Shown here: positions 1-11,700 of the stretch, piece by piece
How the letters are laid out: the number at the start of each line of letters is the position of its first letter
Position numbering within the stretch: the stretch's first letter is position 1
Assembly: GCA_010093705.1 (NCBI GenBank)
Contig: MU006110.1
Span: 1 to 64,000 of the forward strand
Direction of reading: 5' to 3'
Source: Patellaria atrata CBS 101060
Lineage: Eukaryota
Length of the DNA: 64,000 bases
Made by a program: the position numbers and the translations under genes
The notes under the pieces: generated by a model
Seen by the model: only the letters and a program-made list of their open reading frames with translations
The model's database searches: none
Told to the model about the DNA's origin: nothing

Positions 1-16
1 ATTTGCAGCAAGTTTT

Positions 17-105
17 TTAAATCAGTAATACCCCTGCTCTTCAGGTGCGCACGGTCCACATTTAAATCAGTTATACATTTACTGATTTAAGCATTGTAGT
101 TAGGA
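17..105. mobile_element. Putative transposon terminus 1 (TAAATCAGT repeats, ends ATTGTAGTTAGG)
   Basis: TAAATCAGT, GC-rich spacer cccctgctcttc...gcacggtccaca, TAAATCAGT, inverted ACTGATTTA, then ATTGTAGTTAGG (93-104). Confidence 0.5.
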
Positions 106-700
106 GAGAATACTTTTAAAGAGGTTTACTCTCTCTTTAAACTAGAAGATAAAGGTCCTTAATAGTGTATATAGATAGAAATTTACCTTATTTAAAAAAT
201 TCTAACTTAATATATTAATATAATAGTTTAATATTAAAAAACTAGCTAATAAATAAATCTAACTTTATTAGAATATTTATTTAAGTTAATTATATTCTTT
301 TATCGGTTTATATTATAATATATTTAAAGATTTTAACCTTAAAACACTTTTAAAAATAAGAAAGTGTTTTAAGTTCCCGGTTTTTAGAATCTTAGCACTA
401 AAAAAAAGTGTTTTAAATCTTAAAACACTTAAGTATTATAGTTAGGGTTAAATGGCTATATTTTACTACTAGATATATATCGTAATATATTACTAAATAT
501 CTAATCTAGCACTCCTTATAGATAATAATACTATACTTTAACAAAATAGTAAAGAGTTAATAGAATTGGTCCATATCACTAGGACTAATTAGTAAAATAT
601 TATGTAGTAAAATGTGGTCTAGTACCTTAGTTCATAAATTATATAGAAGTAAAACTCTTATAAGGAAGGTAGGTACGTCGTACAGTAATTTGGGGGCTCA
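106..700. repeat. AT-rich, RIP-like degenerated repeat tract
   Basis: Far more AT-rich than the rest of the window, with abundant TA and few CA/TG dinucleotides and no long ORF. This matches repeat-induced point mutation of TE copies (inference; RIP indices not computed). Confidence 0.7.
337..451. mobile_element. Putative transposon terminus 2 (AAGTGTTTTAA repeats, ends ATTATAGTTAGGG then TTAA)
   Basis: TTAAAACACTT / AAGTGTTTTAA / spacer / AAGTGTTTTAA / TTAAAACACTT, then ATTATAGTTAGGG (435-447), a G>A variant of the shared end motif. Confidence 0.5.
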
Positions 701-897
701 TTTTATGCTTGGCGCTTCAGGTGCATGGACCAGGAAAACCAAAACATCACTCCAGCTACCTAAGATTGAGGCGAACCAACAATAGAGGGTGCATCTCGAT
801 AATTAGGTAAGATATCAAGGCTACGAGCGCATCGATGGATTCTCGAAGCTTGCGCGCAGGATATTATCAACTTAGATTCCCGAAATTCAATGGTTTA

Positions 898-1011
898 GGG
901 CATATATTATTTTGGAGAAAGATGTAAATAATATATACCCCCTGTCTTCGCCAGGCACGGGCCACAATTAAATAATTTATGCCATATATTATTTAGGGAT
1001 TGTAGTTAGGG
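898..1011. mobile_element. Putative transposon terminus 3 (AAATAATATAT repeats, ends ATTGTAGTTAGGG), abutting the hAT coding remnant
   Basis: CATATATTATTT / AAATAATATATA / spacer ccccctgtcttc...gcacgggccaca / AAATAATTTATG / ATATATTATTT, then ATTGTAGTTAGGG (999-1011). The hAT reading frame begins immediately after. Confidence 0.55.
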
Positions 1012-2593
1012 CAAAGCTTTGGACGAAACTTTGGAGACTCTGAATTCAACTTATTCGCAACAAGATTTGGATAGCGACAACGCCATCTGGAGATGTTATG
1101 GAGCGGTTGGAAGGCTTCATAATATCGTCCGCTATATTCGCCTGACACCTCAGCGTCGTCAGGAGTTTAAAGAGATCAAAATAGGTGGTGAGTTGATGAA
1201 ATACGACGATCTTGAGGTAAGTCAAAATCATCAGGTTCAAGATCCCGAAAATACTAAGTTTCCTTGGCTTCAACTAACGTCATTTTGTACTTCAGCTTAT
1301 CCANNNNNNNNNNNNNNNNNNNNNNNNNNNNNNNNNNNNNNNNNNNNNNNNNNNNNNNNNNNNNNNNNNNNNNNNNNNNNNNNNNNNNNNNNNNNNNNNN
1401 NNNNNNNNNNNNNNNNNNNNNNNNNNNNNNNNNNNNNNNNNNNNNNNNNNNNNNNNNNNNNNNNNNNNNNNNNNNNNNNNNNNNNNNNNNNNNNNNNNNN
1501 NNNNNNNNNNNNNNNNNNNNNNNNNNNNNNNNNNNNNNNNNNNNNNNNNNNNNNNNNNNNNNNNNNNNNNNNNNNNNNNNNNNNNNNNNNNNNNNNNNNN
1601 NNNNNNNNNNNNNNNNNNNNNNNNNNNNNNNNNNNNNNNNNNNNNNNNNNNNNCGAAAAGTACTATAATATGGCTGATTCTAATCCGGTATATTATGCTG
1701 CTCAGTTTCTACAGCCCGGGCTTAAATGGTCATGGTTCAGCGATAAGATGGATGGTCATATTGAAAAGAAACACTGGCTTAGGGGGAACCCGAGAATAGC
1801 TGGAGATACGGGCATTCAGGGCAAAGTTCGACAGCTATATACTGACGAATATAAGGGTCGCTACAGCCAAATCGAGGTCCCTTCCCAATCCACCCACCCC
1901 CGTAGGCACGGCGACGACTTTGGTGGCCTACAAGCCCATCAGGCTGTTCGCAATCGATCATCACAAGCCATCGACTTCTTCGACGAATACTCAGCCCACG
2001 ATACACGCGAAATCGAAGCTCTGATATACTGGAACGAACGCTACAACAGCCAACCGGATCTAGCCCGGATGGGGTTAGATATGGCTGCCCTTCCGTGTAT
2101 GTCAGACGAGTGCGAGCGAGTATTTAGTTCAGCAAAACACCTCATCTCCGATGCCCGAAATCGCCTTCAAGCAGATATAATTGAAGCATCTGAGTGCCTA
2201 CGGAGCTGGTTTGGGCCACCCATAAGCGACGAGGCTAATCAGAGCAAAAAGAACGGTAGCAATACAATAGATAACACGGAAGATATGGTTAAAGAGGCAT
2301 CTATTGACGAACAAGGCGACGGCAGTGAAGCCGAAACGGATATCAACTACACCTTAGAGGAGCCGTAGTAGTAGCAATATATTGTATTCGACCATCTATA
2401 ACACCACAGTCCTTTAAAATACTACCTATACAAGCCCCATCCATGCCTTAGACTCTACCGGAACGGATTCGCCATACAAAATATCATGGATTTGATGGAC
2501 TGGACTGGATCTGGATTAGACCAGAGGTCAAAACGTGGACCGGATCTGGATCAGAGGTCGATCCAGTCCAAATCCAATCCACGGCCATCACTG
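1012..2593 (+). mobile_element. 5'-truncated hAT (Restless/Tfo1-like) DNA transposon with right TIR
   Basis: Translation has GRLHNIVRYIRLTPQRRQEF and the hAT C-terminal dimerisation region YWNE..PDLARMGLDMAALPCMSDECERVFSSAKHLISDARNRL..IIEASECLRSW. Intron 1217-1295 (gtaagt..ctaac..cag) gives DDLE/LI. Subterminal TGGAT/TGGAC repeats at 2487-2580; end ..GGCCATCACTG (reverse complement CAGTGATGG, hAT-type) at 2593. Confidence 0.88.
1304..1653. other. Assembly gap (N run)
   Basis: Run of N inside the hAT transposase. Confidence 1.
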
Positions 2594-3134
2594 CCGTCCG
2601 GCAGATTCAACTTGAGTGCTAATTCAGACTCTACTGTCTATTTAACTAAATATGTATAGGTTCGTCTCTTTAAAGATATCAACACTGACGAATTAACGTT
2701 GAATAAAGTTGATAGGAAAAGTATCGGCTCCGAATACTCGGCCTAGGCCGGTCCCTGGCCCGAGTCTCTATTGGAATTCAGTGTCCGACCGTGCGGAATG
2801 TTGGAAGTTGAAGCTGTATATTTTAAAATTTACTATCGTATGATACGTACTTTTTGATTTAACATGTACAGTGTAGGACCTCTCTACCGAAGGTAGACGG
2901 CTATACAGAAGCCATTAGACAATAGTGAATAAATATAATGTTTCTGAAACGTTTTCAGAGCCACCTGTTGGAGCCTTAGGGACACCCGGTGACCTTGACA
3001 AACATGCGGTTTGAACGGAAGAGAGATATAGATTGTTCTGATGTGAATGATGCGGTAGTCTGCATAATTGACGGGAGGATATTGATAGTTGTGAAACGAT
3101 AAGAACATTTGCATGCAATAGATATACGGTAACC

Positions 3135-4091
3135 CTACCCGAAGGCGATAAGTCTCCGTCCTTGAATGACATCTCCTACGTGCTCCTGGACCCTCTCAAA
3201 CCTCATAAAGGCACACGACTCACTCTCCAGATGGTTAAATAAGCCAGCCAACGTCACGAACTGCTTTCCACAGCGATTCATGGCGTTGGGACAACGGTAT
3301 GCTTTCTCCTTGTGAAAATCCGAATCCAGATGGGAAGTCAAACCCTTCGCAGTAGTAAATCCATTGTGACAGATGTAACACTCCCAGTATGAACCGTTGT
3401 TGGCTAGGTCATTAACCGAATAGGAAACACGCTCTTCGTTCGGCCCTTCGAGGAGCTTGGTGGTGATAAGACGATTGGGGTCTCGTTCACGGATCTTGTG
3501 CAAGATGGTTTCGCGGTTCAGCATTGGAGCTCGTGAACATGAGCCAGTTTCAAGATGACGACTTAGTCCGCTCGCGGTGGTGAAGTTGACTTTACAGAAC
3601 GGACAGGGGATGTTACTGCCACGGTGGACCTCGGAGTTCAAGTGCTACACACTGATTATCAGCATTTAACGTTCTAGAGAGTTGAACAATTGAGATTTTA
3701 CCATCCGAAGATTGTTCTCGTTCGGGAAATTCCTCTCGCAGGCCCTACAATAGTTTCGGTAGTGACCTAGGGCGCTCATATGTTGCTCGGCAGCTTGCTG
3801 ACTATGAAACATCTTCTCGCATGTCTTGCATTCGAATTTGGGAGCCCAGTGTCCACGAGAATTCATATGCTGGTTCGCAGCATGCTGTGATCGAAACTTT
3901 CTAAAACAGCTCTCGCACTCAAAGAGGGGTGCCCAGTGATCTACCGCATTCATGTGTTGATTACATGCTGCTTGGGTTCGGAAAGTCCGAGTGCAAGTTT
4001 CACATTCAGGCCAGTGGTCTTGCGTGTCCATATGCGATTTACAGTCATCCCAAAACGTGAAGGTCGCAGTACAGGTCTCGCATTCAAACAT
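3135..4091 (-). CDS. Multi-C2H2 zinc-finger protein (2 exons; intron 3645-3701)
   Basis: Repeated CxxC-x12-H-x4-5-H units (FECETC..HMDTQDHW; ECETC..HMNAVDHW; FECESC..HMNSRGHW; FECKTC..HMSALGH), then CPFC..HLETGSC, WECYICH..HLDS..H, HLESESC. Splice gives LRM/HLNSEVH. Confidence 0.88.
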
Positions 4092-4356
4092 GTTGACAAT
4101 GGACAGCAAGAAAGGAAAGGGAAGATGCCAGGATCGTTGCAGTAGCTTAGTGATAAGTCACTTTAAACCCTAACCTTAGGGCAAGTGTGATCGACGTTGT
4201 ATTGTTACGAAGATTTGATTTTAGTCGTCGACTTTTGTGTATGGAAGTCGTTGGGACTTAAAGAGGACTGCCATATTTGTGAGTAAAGAGTAAGGGTAAG
4301 AGCTACTAAGGTAATTACTACTTCCTGTTACAGTCAGAGATCACCTGTAGAGCGGA

Positions 4357-4609
4357 TGTTACAAGGGGAGTCTATACTTATCGAGCCGGAACAAGTCGAA
4401 TTTAGAAACGCGCAACGCTTCTCACTAATGTGATCCTCCTTTCAGGGTAGGTTTCGCTAATGATAGGAAAACGTGAACGTGTTACTGACGGGAGTCTAAA
4501 CATCTCAAGACGGAATCAGACAAGTCTAGAAACGCGCAAGGTTTCTCACTGGTGAGAGACCTCCTTCGAAAAGGGTAGGTTTCTGCTTCGTGATAGAATG
4601 TGTAAAGGT
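4357..4609. repeat. Degenerate tandem duplication, period about 123 bp
   Basis: tgttac..gggagtcta..cggaa..caagtc..tagaaacgcgcaa.g.ttctcact..cctcctt..agggtaggtttc..tgatag occurs from 4357 and again from 4480. Confidence 0.8.
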
Positions 4610-4747
4610 TTGCACTTCAAGTTAACGATATAATTTGCTGACTCCTTAACTCTCTCCTCTGGAGGGCTTCACAATAGAGACAAGATATACTGTACGAACA
4701 CAGTGTGACAAAAGGGGGCTAAGTCGAAGACCGTAACATCCGATTTT

Positions 4748-5445
4748 TAAGATATGTTGGTAAGTACGAGGAATCTAAATACATGTGCACAAGGAGCGTC
4801 CTTAAGTATCCCTTCTTCCCAGTTCCATGTTTGCTGTCAGACGTAAGGGTGCTGAAAATGATCAAGATAATCGCTCGATTGTTTAATGACTGTTCTAAAG
4901 AGCGTTTTAATACATGAGAACATGCAAGTAACAGCGTTTATGCCTACTAGGTAACAGAGAACATGCAGGCAACAACGTTGATACCTACTAGGCAGCTGTG
5001 TTAAAGGAATGATGCTAACTAGCGTAAGGCAGTAGGAGATATACTTGATTATCCTTTCCACCAAGATTTTCAGTCTAACAGGGGACCCATACTTCAACAA
5101 TATAACAGCTAGATAGAACCTCTCTTTTGAGAATCAAGCGACATACTCCATGCATCTGCAGATACAGTTTATCTCACAGCTACTTATTGTTATGGCCACA
5201 AATTGTAAGGACATGCAGTTAACGAGTGAGGGGAAGAAAGAAGGACCACTCGGGGAAACTACGGGTAGCTTGAGCAACCGAAATCACGTGACTTGGACGT
5301 TTGGACGTTTCGGGCGTTTAGTCGTAGGAAACGACCAGACGACCAAAACGACCAGTATGAAATGGGCTATGAGGAAAGGAATACTAAGGACGCTCCTTCG
5401 CGCATGTATTTAGATCCTTCGTAGTTATTCTTACCATCAATCTTA
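4748..5445. mobile_element. Non-autonomous or degenerate TIR element (Tc1/mariner-pogo-like), imperfect TIRs of about 80-90 bp, TA at both ends
   Basis: 4748-4830 (taagatatgttggtaagtacgaggaatctaaatacatgtgcacaaggagcgtccttaagtatccctt) matches the reverse complement of 5360-5445 (taagattgatggtaagaataactacgaaggatctaaatacatgcgcgaaggagcgtccttagtattccttt). Internal short repeats GGACGTTT and ACGACCA. No intact transposase. Confidence 0.75.
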
Positions 5446-5498
5446 CCTATAGATTCGATGTTACAGTTTTGAACTTGACTTCACTTGAGGAAACCCAC

Positions 5499-5696
5499 AC
5501 TTAACGCCCCGATGTAACCTTTGACAACCTCAATCGTCTCATTCGGTGAGTACAGGAAGAGATAGCCATTTTTAAGGCAAATGGAACAGTTGCATGTTGT
5601 GACCTTTTGGTCCCCGAGCGCAGGACTCAGCTTAACCCTGAATTGGAGGGCTCCGCAGTTGCAGTTGGCATCATATATTCCAGTTGTCTGAGTCAT
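5499..5696 (-). pseudogene. GFA/CENP-V (Mss4-like) family gene fragment; only exon 1 intact
   Basis: MTQTTGIYDANCNCGALQFRV..VTTCNCSICLKNGYL has the CxCG and CNCSIC Zn motifs. Intron 5447-5498 ends one base before the TIR element, and no intact HxFCxxCG exon follows. Confidence 0.7.
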
Positions 5697-6757
5697 TGGA
5701 GAGGTACTGGTTGATGGGTCTGGAATGTTGTCGATAAGTAGAAGACATACTGGGTAAGGGATATCGAAACAAAACAAAAGGTGAAAGGGGGCTTTCGCTT
5801 GCGGGATTGCTGAACTAAGCAATTGAAGACTGGACTGCAGTTCGGCATAAAGAAAGACTTTGGAAGTTTATGGCTATTCGGTTGCTTTTGTACTCAACTT
5901 TCACATTCTAGGCTTGTAGATACCAGCTTCTCTATTTGCCCGGCTATCACCGTAGTACGACGGAGCTTTCATGTCTCTTCTCAGGCTGTAAGTCGCAAGT
6001 CGAAACACTTCAGATCGCATCTAGCCACCACGCAGACTCCCATAGTAGAGGATTTTGATCATTCGGCGGTGAGTTATATTCATCATCCATACAGATTGTT
6101 GAAAAATTTGAACCCCTGTGAGGTTGGCAAGCCACACAGCTGATATCGCGTAGCCAACGCGACCTCGTGAGAACCAATAGCCGTGTGCGGGAACACCAGT
6201 AGGAGGATTTCAGAAGGAACTAGACGATTTTCATTAAGCACGGTAGAGTACGGTCAATTCAAGACTATCAAACTTTAATACGAGAAATGCGGGAAATGCG
6301 CGAGGGGCTCAAGTGAAACTCCGTAGTACTTGTATAATCATTGCACATCCTGTTATTCCCTTATCATATCAAAAAAAGAGTCAAAATTATGCTGAGTTTT
6401 GCTTTTAAGTATTAAGATGGTGGATTTATGTTCCTAGCTTCTATACCAGTTGCAACATCAGGCATCACGAAGGGATATTAGGTGTGGCCGCATAGGCAGA
6501 AGCTAATAAGTACTTTACAAAAGTCATAACGGGTCATGAACAAAACCTGATCAGTCCGGGATCACCCATATCCACCTATACCGCCGTCTCTTGTGAGTAG
6601 ACCTGAACCTTTCCCTTTTAACTCCATAAATAATAGCCCTAGTATGTAGCGGAAGAAAAAGCGGAGCATACTCTCCTCATTCCATCTTGGAATAGGAGGG
6701 GCTCCAAGATCATATTGACGGGAGATGTGCCTGATGCATCGTCCATGCTATTACTCC

Positions 6758-7914
6758 TCATTGGTACCTTGGAGGTGTGCCCCTCAACACTCCTTGCCCC
6801 ACGTTTCCCGTGGTTGCCCCATTCTGCCTCGAGCCGGCCTCAAGTTCACGTCTCATTACGTCCAAGGTAGCAGGAAAATATGGTTCAATCCCGAAGCCTC
6901 TCAAATAGGCAGCTGTCTTTTCAATCCTCTTCACTTCCCTTTGGACTGCCCATTCCTCATTTTCTGCAAATCGTCCCCTGACGACGTCAACCATTGCACC
7001 ATCTAATTTGGTGTAGAATGATCTTCTCGCTTCAAGGTCCTCTTGATCACCCGAGTCTAAGCCGCCGTGGCTATTCAAATTACCCCCGAGTTTGAGGATA
7101 AGGTCAAATGCGTAGCGAGACCCGGTTGGTAGAGCAGCCAGTCGAGCGATATCGGGGAGGAATTTCGACATCGCTGAGGCAAAGTGGGAAGCTGAGATAC
7201 TATCATTGAGATCATCCTGGAGGCGATGCAGATCAAAGTTTACAATTGTGATCTTACGATCAAGCTGTGCGTTAAGGGTTTCCGCCGCATGTGTGGGAGA
7301 TGGTAGACTATCCATAGTTTTGGCGATTGAAGGGGGTACATCTGTAAATGGGTGTCAATGAGATATTGTCGACTGAGCGAGGATGTAAAGGGAAGCTTAC
7401 CAGGTCGCAGACCCCTCTTATCGATCCATGAGTGCACTTCGGCTCTTTGTTGTTCCAATTGTTCCACCCAGGATTGTAGATCAGCCACTTGGTTCTCCAA
7501 TTGCTCGATACGATCGGTGTAAGGTCGTACGGCTTCGTTGAACGCTCTCGCCAGTAGATCCGGCATAGGTTCTGTCTTTCCTGCGTTCATCTGCGTGGGA
7601 TCGCTCATAGGTAGAGCATTATGACTCATCCCATTCGCGTAAGTCGTGCCATTTGTACCACGACCTACATACGGTTCTTGAGCTGCGGCGCCACGGGGAT
7701 ACATCTCGGGGTTGTTGGAGTCGGAGCTTGAAAGTAGAGGCCCGGAAGGACTGTTGAGTATATTGGTATTGTGCTGTGAGACAGGTTCGTGTTGACCTTC
7801 TGAGTGAGGGCGCTCGGGTCCGCTGTCGTGTTTGGAATCCCGCTTGGAATTGGGCGAGTCGTACTCGTCGACGTAGGAGTTCGTGCGGGATCTAGAAAGA
7901 CGCTTGAAGAACAT
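6758..7914 (-). CDS. Fungal hypothetical protein with coiled coil (2 exons; intron 7342-7400)
   Basis: Two long ORFs join in frame through gtaagc..ttgac..cag (DKRGLRP/DVPPSIAK). Coiled-coil IEQLENQVADLQSWVEQLEQQ and a helical C-terminal domain. Function unknown. Confidence 0.75.
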
Positions 7915-8742
7915 GATAAAAAGAGAAAGGAACTGAGGCTAAAGCACTAGAGGAGCGAAATATATGAAAAGAACTGAGATATAGTTGTGGAAGAAAGTGA
8001 TTGGTGAAAATAAAAGAAGGTTGGGTAATTGGGGTGGTGAGTGAGACGTGAGTACCTCCAACCGCGGTGGCTGGTATGAAGGGTGTCTGAGGTGGCTAGG
8101 TAGTCTTCAAAGTCGCGTTGGCTTGAACAACTACATTCGAATATCAAAATCAAGTAAACTGCTCAAAGTATAAAGCGGGCTCAGTAAAAGATCAACTGGA
8201 ATAAACTCATTACTGGAAGAATTGAAAAGTGGGTAGCTATTAATAAGAACAGGAGAAAAAAGTGAGGTCGTCGTACTTGAGTTGCACAATCGCGAAGTAC
8301 GGCAGACGATAACTATGGCAGACGAAAACAACGGCTAACGTCCCGCGCCGCTAAACCCAATAAGCGCTTAGATCCCGGTCTCCAGCCACAACAGTGCAAC
8401 CAGCCATCTCGATGCCGACATGCTGAGGAACCCCTTGAAGAGACCCCGAAATACCCCCTAATATCAAAACGAATCGCAACAAACCATCCTCTAGATGTGA
8501 GCACAAGTAAAACGAGGCGGGTAAGGACTTAGGATAGGTGAATGTACTCGGTATAAGTACGAAGAACAGAGTAGCCAGGACTTCCGTACGTGTTCATATA
8601 ATTATCTATGCTTACCTCAAGGCTTCCCCCATGCTTTCCCCATCCTAACATGCTTATGCACATTTTGCGGTTTCATATGTCTAACGACGGTGAATCGCGG
8701 AGTATAATTTTCAGGAGAGACAAAAAAGGAAACAATATTATA

Positions 8743-11700
8743 TCACTCTAACCTATCCTTGCCATGTCCATTAGCGGCTCTTGCTATAACTCCGTTTGGA
8801 TCCCCCTTCGCGCTATAGTCACTTTCAAACTCGATGCCGCTAACAAACACCTCGCTGATCGTCTCCAAGGCCGCGACAAAGACACATAATCCACTCGCGA
8901 TGCAGAAATGACTGATAGTCGTCCCGATATCAAGCCAAGAACCCTCATCTCTCACCATGTAGAAGAAATTCAGCGTCATCACGTCCCCGATTGCCATGAC
9001 TATCATAAACAAAGCGCTAGGTGCGACGCCGAGTCGCCGATTGAGTATACCCAAGTTTGCGCTAATAACAGCAAACGGAATTAATATTTTGAACATGAGT
9101 AGCGCTCCTTGCGAGAATGGATCAAACACCGGGATGAGACGGTAGACAGCATCAAGTGAAAAGGACGATACAGATGCGATATTACCGGTGCTGAAGAAAG
9201 CCGATTGAAGAAGAAAGAGGAAGAAAAGTGAGATTCGGGCATCAGCAAGGCTAAGTGCCCTATATTCTCCGTTTCCAGCCTTGTTTAATCGATTGCTCGC
9301 CGAGCTCAATGCCGGTTTAAGTAATTCCAACCCCTTGGGAATAGTTATCTGATCAGCTGCGGATGACCTCGGGGAGATATAGGAGTATATCCGATGTTCT
9401 AGACGAACCCATGTTACAACAGTGGTAAAGTACGCAAAATAGAATAAGCCCTCGTAGGATATAGTGAGCAAAATAAATATAGGGGAGAATGAGAGAAATA
9501 TCACTACGAGTCGATGTATGTAGTTATTATTCGGTTGGAGCCCGTGTAGAAATGGTACCGTAAACGATGCAACTGGAAGGATGTCAGTCCGCCGTACGTG
9601 CTTAAGGCAAGCTTCCGGACTCACTGAGCACCACCCATCCCACAATCTGTGTTCCAAGAGGCAAGCCCGACTTAGCTTGAATAGACGCAACACTGGACCG
9701 TGTAACAAACATCGCGAGGCCCACAAGGCCAACCTTAACCTTGTTAGCTTATGAGCAATTACTATACCATAATTTACTAATTACCTGAACTCCAAGGATC
9801 GTACGGGAAAACCCATCAGCCTTTGGTGTCGCTGACGGTTCCTTCGTCGAGGTAGTGTGTACAAGAATACTCTTCTCGAAAAATAGATACATCGTTCCTA
9901 CGGTAAACATAATTCCGCCCCCCAGCATTCTACTTTTCGTCAGGTCCAATCTGCTATCAAAATCACTTATGGTACTCACATGAGATTTATATCTTCCACC
10001 TTATTAGCCGGAAGAAGTGTGAATACGCTCATCAAAGCACAAGAGCAGGCCCAAGTGCCCACCAAGAATCGGTTCTGTTTGATAAAATCCAGCCCATAAA
10101 ACGCAGGCCAAGTGATGGCGAGAAAGTAACAAACTGTGTATATTTCTCTTCGGAAATAGCTCTGCACCTAAGGAAAGTCTTAGCTTAGTTGGTTGAATAG
10201 AGTTGGAGAGGGCGCCTTACAAGAGCTTCAAGGACACCGATAAAGCCCAGTCCTCTAATTACTAAACTTGTAACGTCTTTGGTTGCCATGACATGCCCGA
10301 ACAGTACTTCCTTCCCTTTGGTCAATGCAGCCCTACTCGCCACCACCTCTTCCCAAAACATTACCGGAAAAATAGCATATGCGTAATATGTCCATGAAGA
10401 CTTTTGAATGTACAGAAATGCATAGAGTATAACCAGAAGAGATGAGAAGAACAACATACTGGTTACTGACCTGGAAGGCTGTGTTTGCCCATTGAGAACA
10501 TGTAGATCGATAACGGTGGTAATAGCAAACACTATCCAGCCCAGGTAACCCACTGTAACCAAAGTTCGGAGGAAGAGCCAGTCATAGGTTTGAAGATACC
10601 GTAATCCCTGAAGCCCCAGTTGGATGAGTTCATCTGTGTCCTTGATAGCTTTACCATATTTTCCACTATCGATGGATCTCCTGATATCTGTGATTCTACG
10701 CTCACTTGAATGACGCTCGTCGCCCAGTCCTGGGAATGGTTTGTAGCGCAGTTCAGTTGACTTCTTTTTCTCTTCCTTAACACGATACATCTCTAGTATG
10801 CTTCTCGCATTGACTAACAATGCTTCGGCTTTAGTACGAAGGTCCCCCTCAATATATGCGAGGGGCAATTCTCCGACAGAGTTCACAGGAAATGCAAGCC
10901 CAACCAGATAAGCCATCAAGGCGGCTACGTCAGCCTGTGCCACATCATTTCTTTGCACCTTAGAAAGTCCCCAATCCGCTGAAAAGCCGTCTTCATGTCC
11001 GGAAGCTACCTTGTTAATGATGGGTTTTGCAACACCGGAGCCCCAAGCTACCAAGGGCGTTCTGGTGTTATCTGGATGTCCATCGCCGTGACTTCCCCAA
11101 TCGCTCATTCCGTGATCGGCTGTAAAGACAAAGGCAGTTTTACCGTCTCCGTAGAAATCTTCCACTAAAGTTGTAATCTCTTCAACTCCTTGGTCGACGA
11201 CTTTGATGTTATGTAGATATTCTTTGGAATATGGACGGAATGAATGGCCAGTAGTATCCAGTCCGAGGAGATGGAGGAAAAAGACAATTTTGTCTTCCCG
11301 AAGTTGGCCATTTAAAGTGGCATTGGTCTTCGCATTCTCGAATAGTTCTTTGACTTTATCAAAAACCCATATATCTAGGTGTGTGGCGTCCTGAGTGAAA
11401 TCCTCCGCCTCGGCCCCATAGGTATCCGCATCAACCCTTCCTGGGACCGCACCTTGTTCGAACATGGGAAGAATATCCGGGCTGCCCCAGCTCCAGGTAT
11501 GCCTGCTCCTATTGAAAACACTGTCAAAATTGACCGGATTGAGTTTCCAGCCAGTCATGACGGCAGAGACATCTTCATATAGACCTGCGATTAGTGCCAC
11601 ATGCCCAGGTCGTGATTCGGTAGGAACGCGGGTGTGAGAAACCCCAAAGGTACCGTGTTCAAGTACCCGAGATCGAAGAAATGGGGCCAGGGGTCGGGGT

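Noticed and set aside
22..40. CAGTAATA as the RIP-mutated left TIR of the hAT
   Set aside because: The match ends after 8 nt and is not preceded by the CCGTCCGG TSD.
4168..4181. CCCTAA/TTAGGG as a telomere or telomerase RNA template
   Set aside because: Single units only, with no array and no supporting structure; at most a binding site.
4357..4609. CRISPR-like array
   Set aside because: Eukaryotic context, only two degenerate units, and no cas genes.
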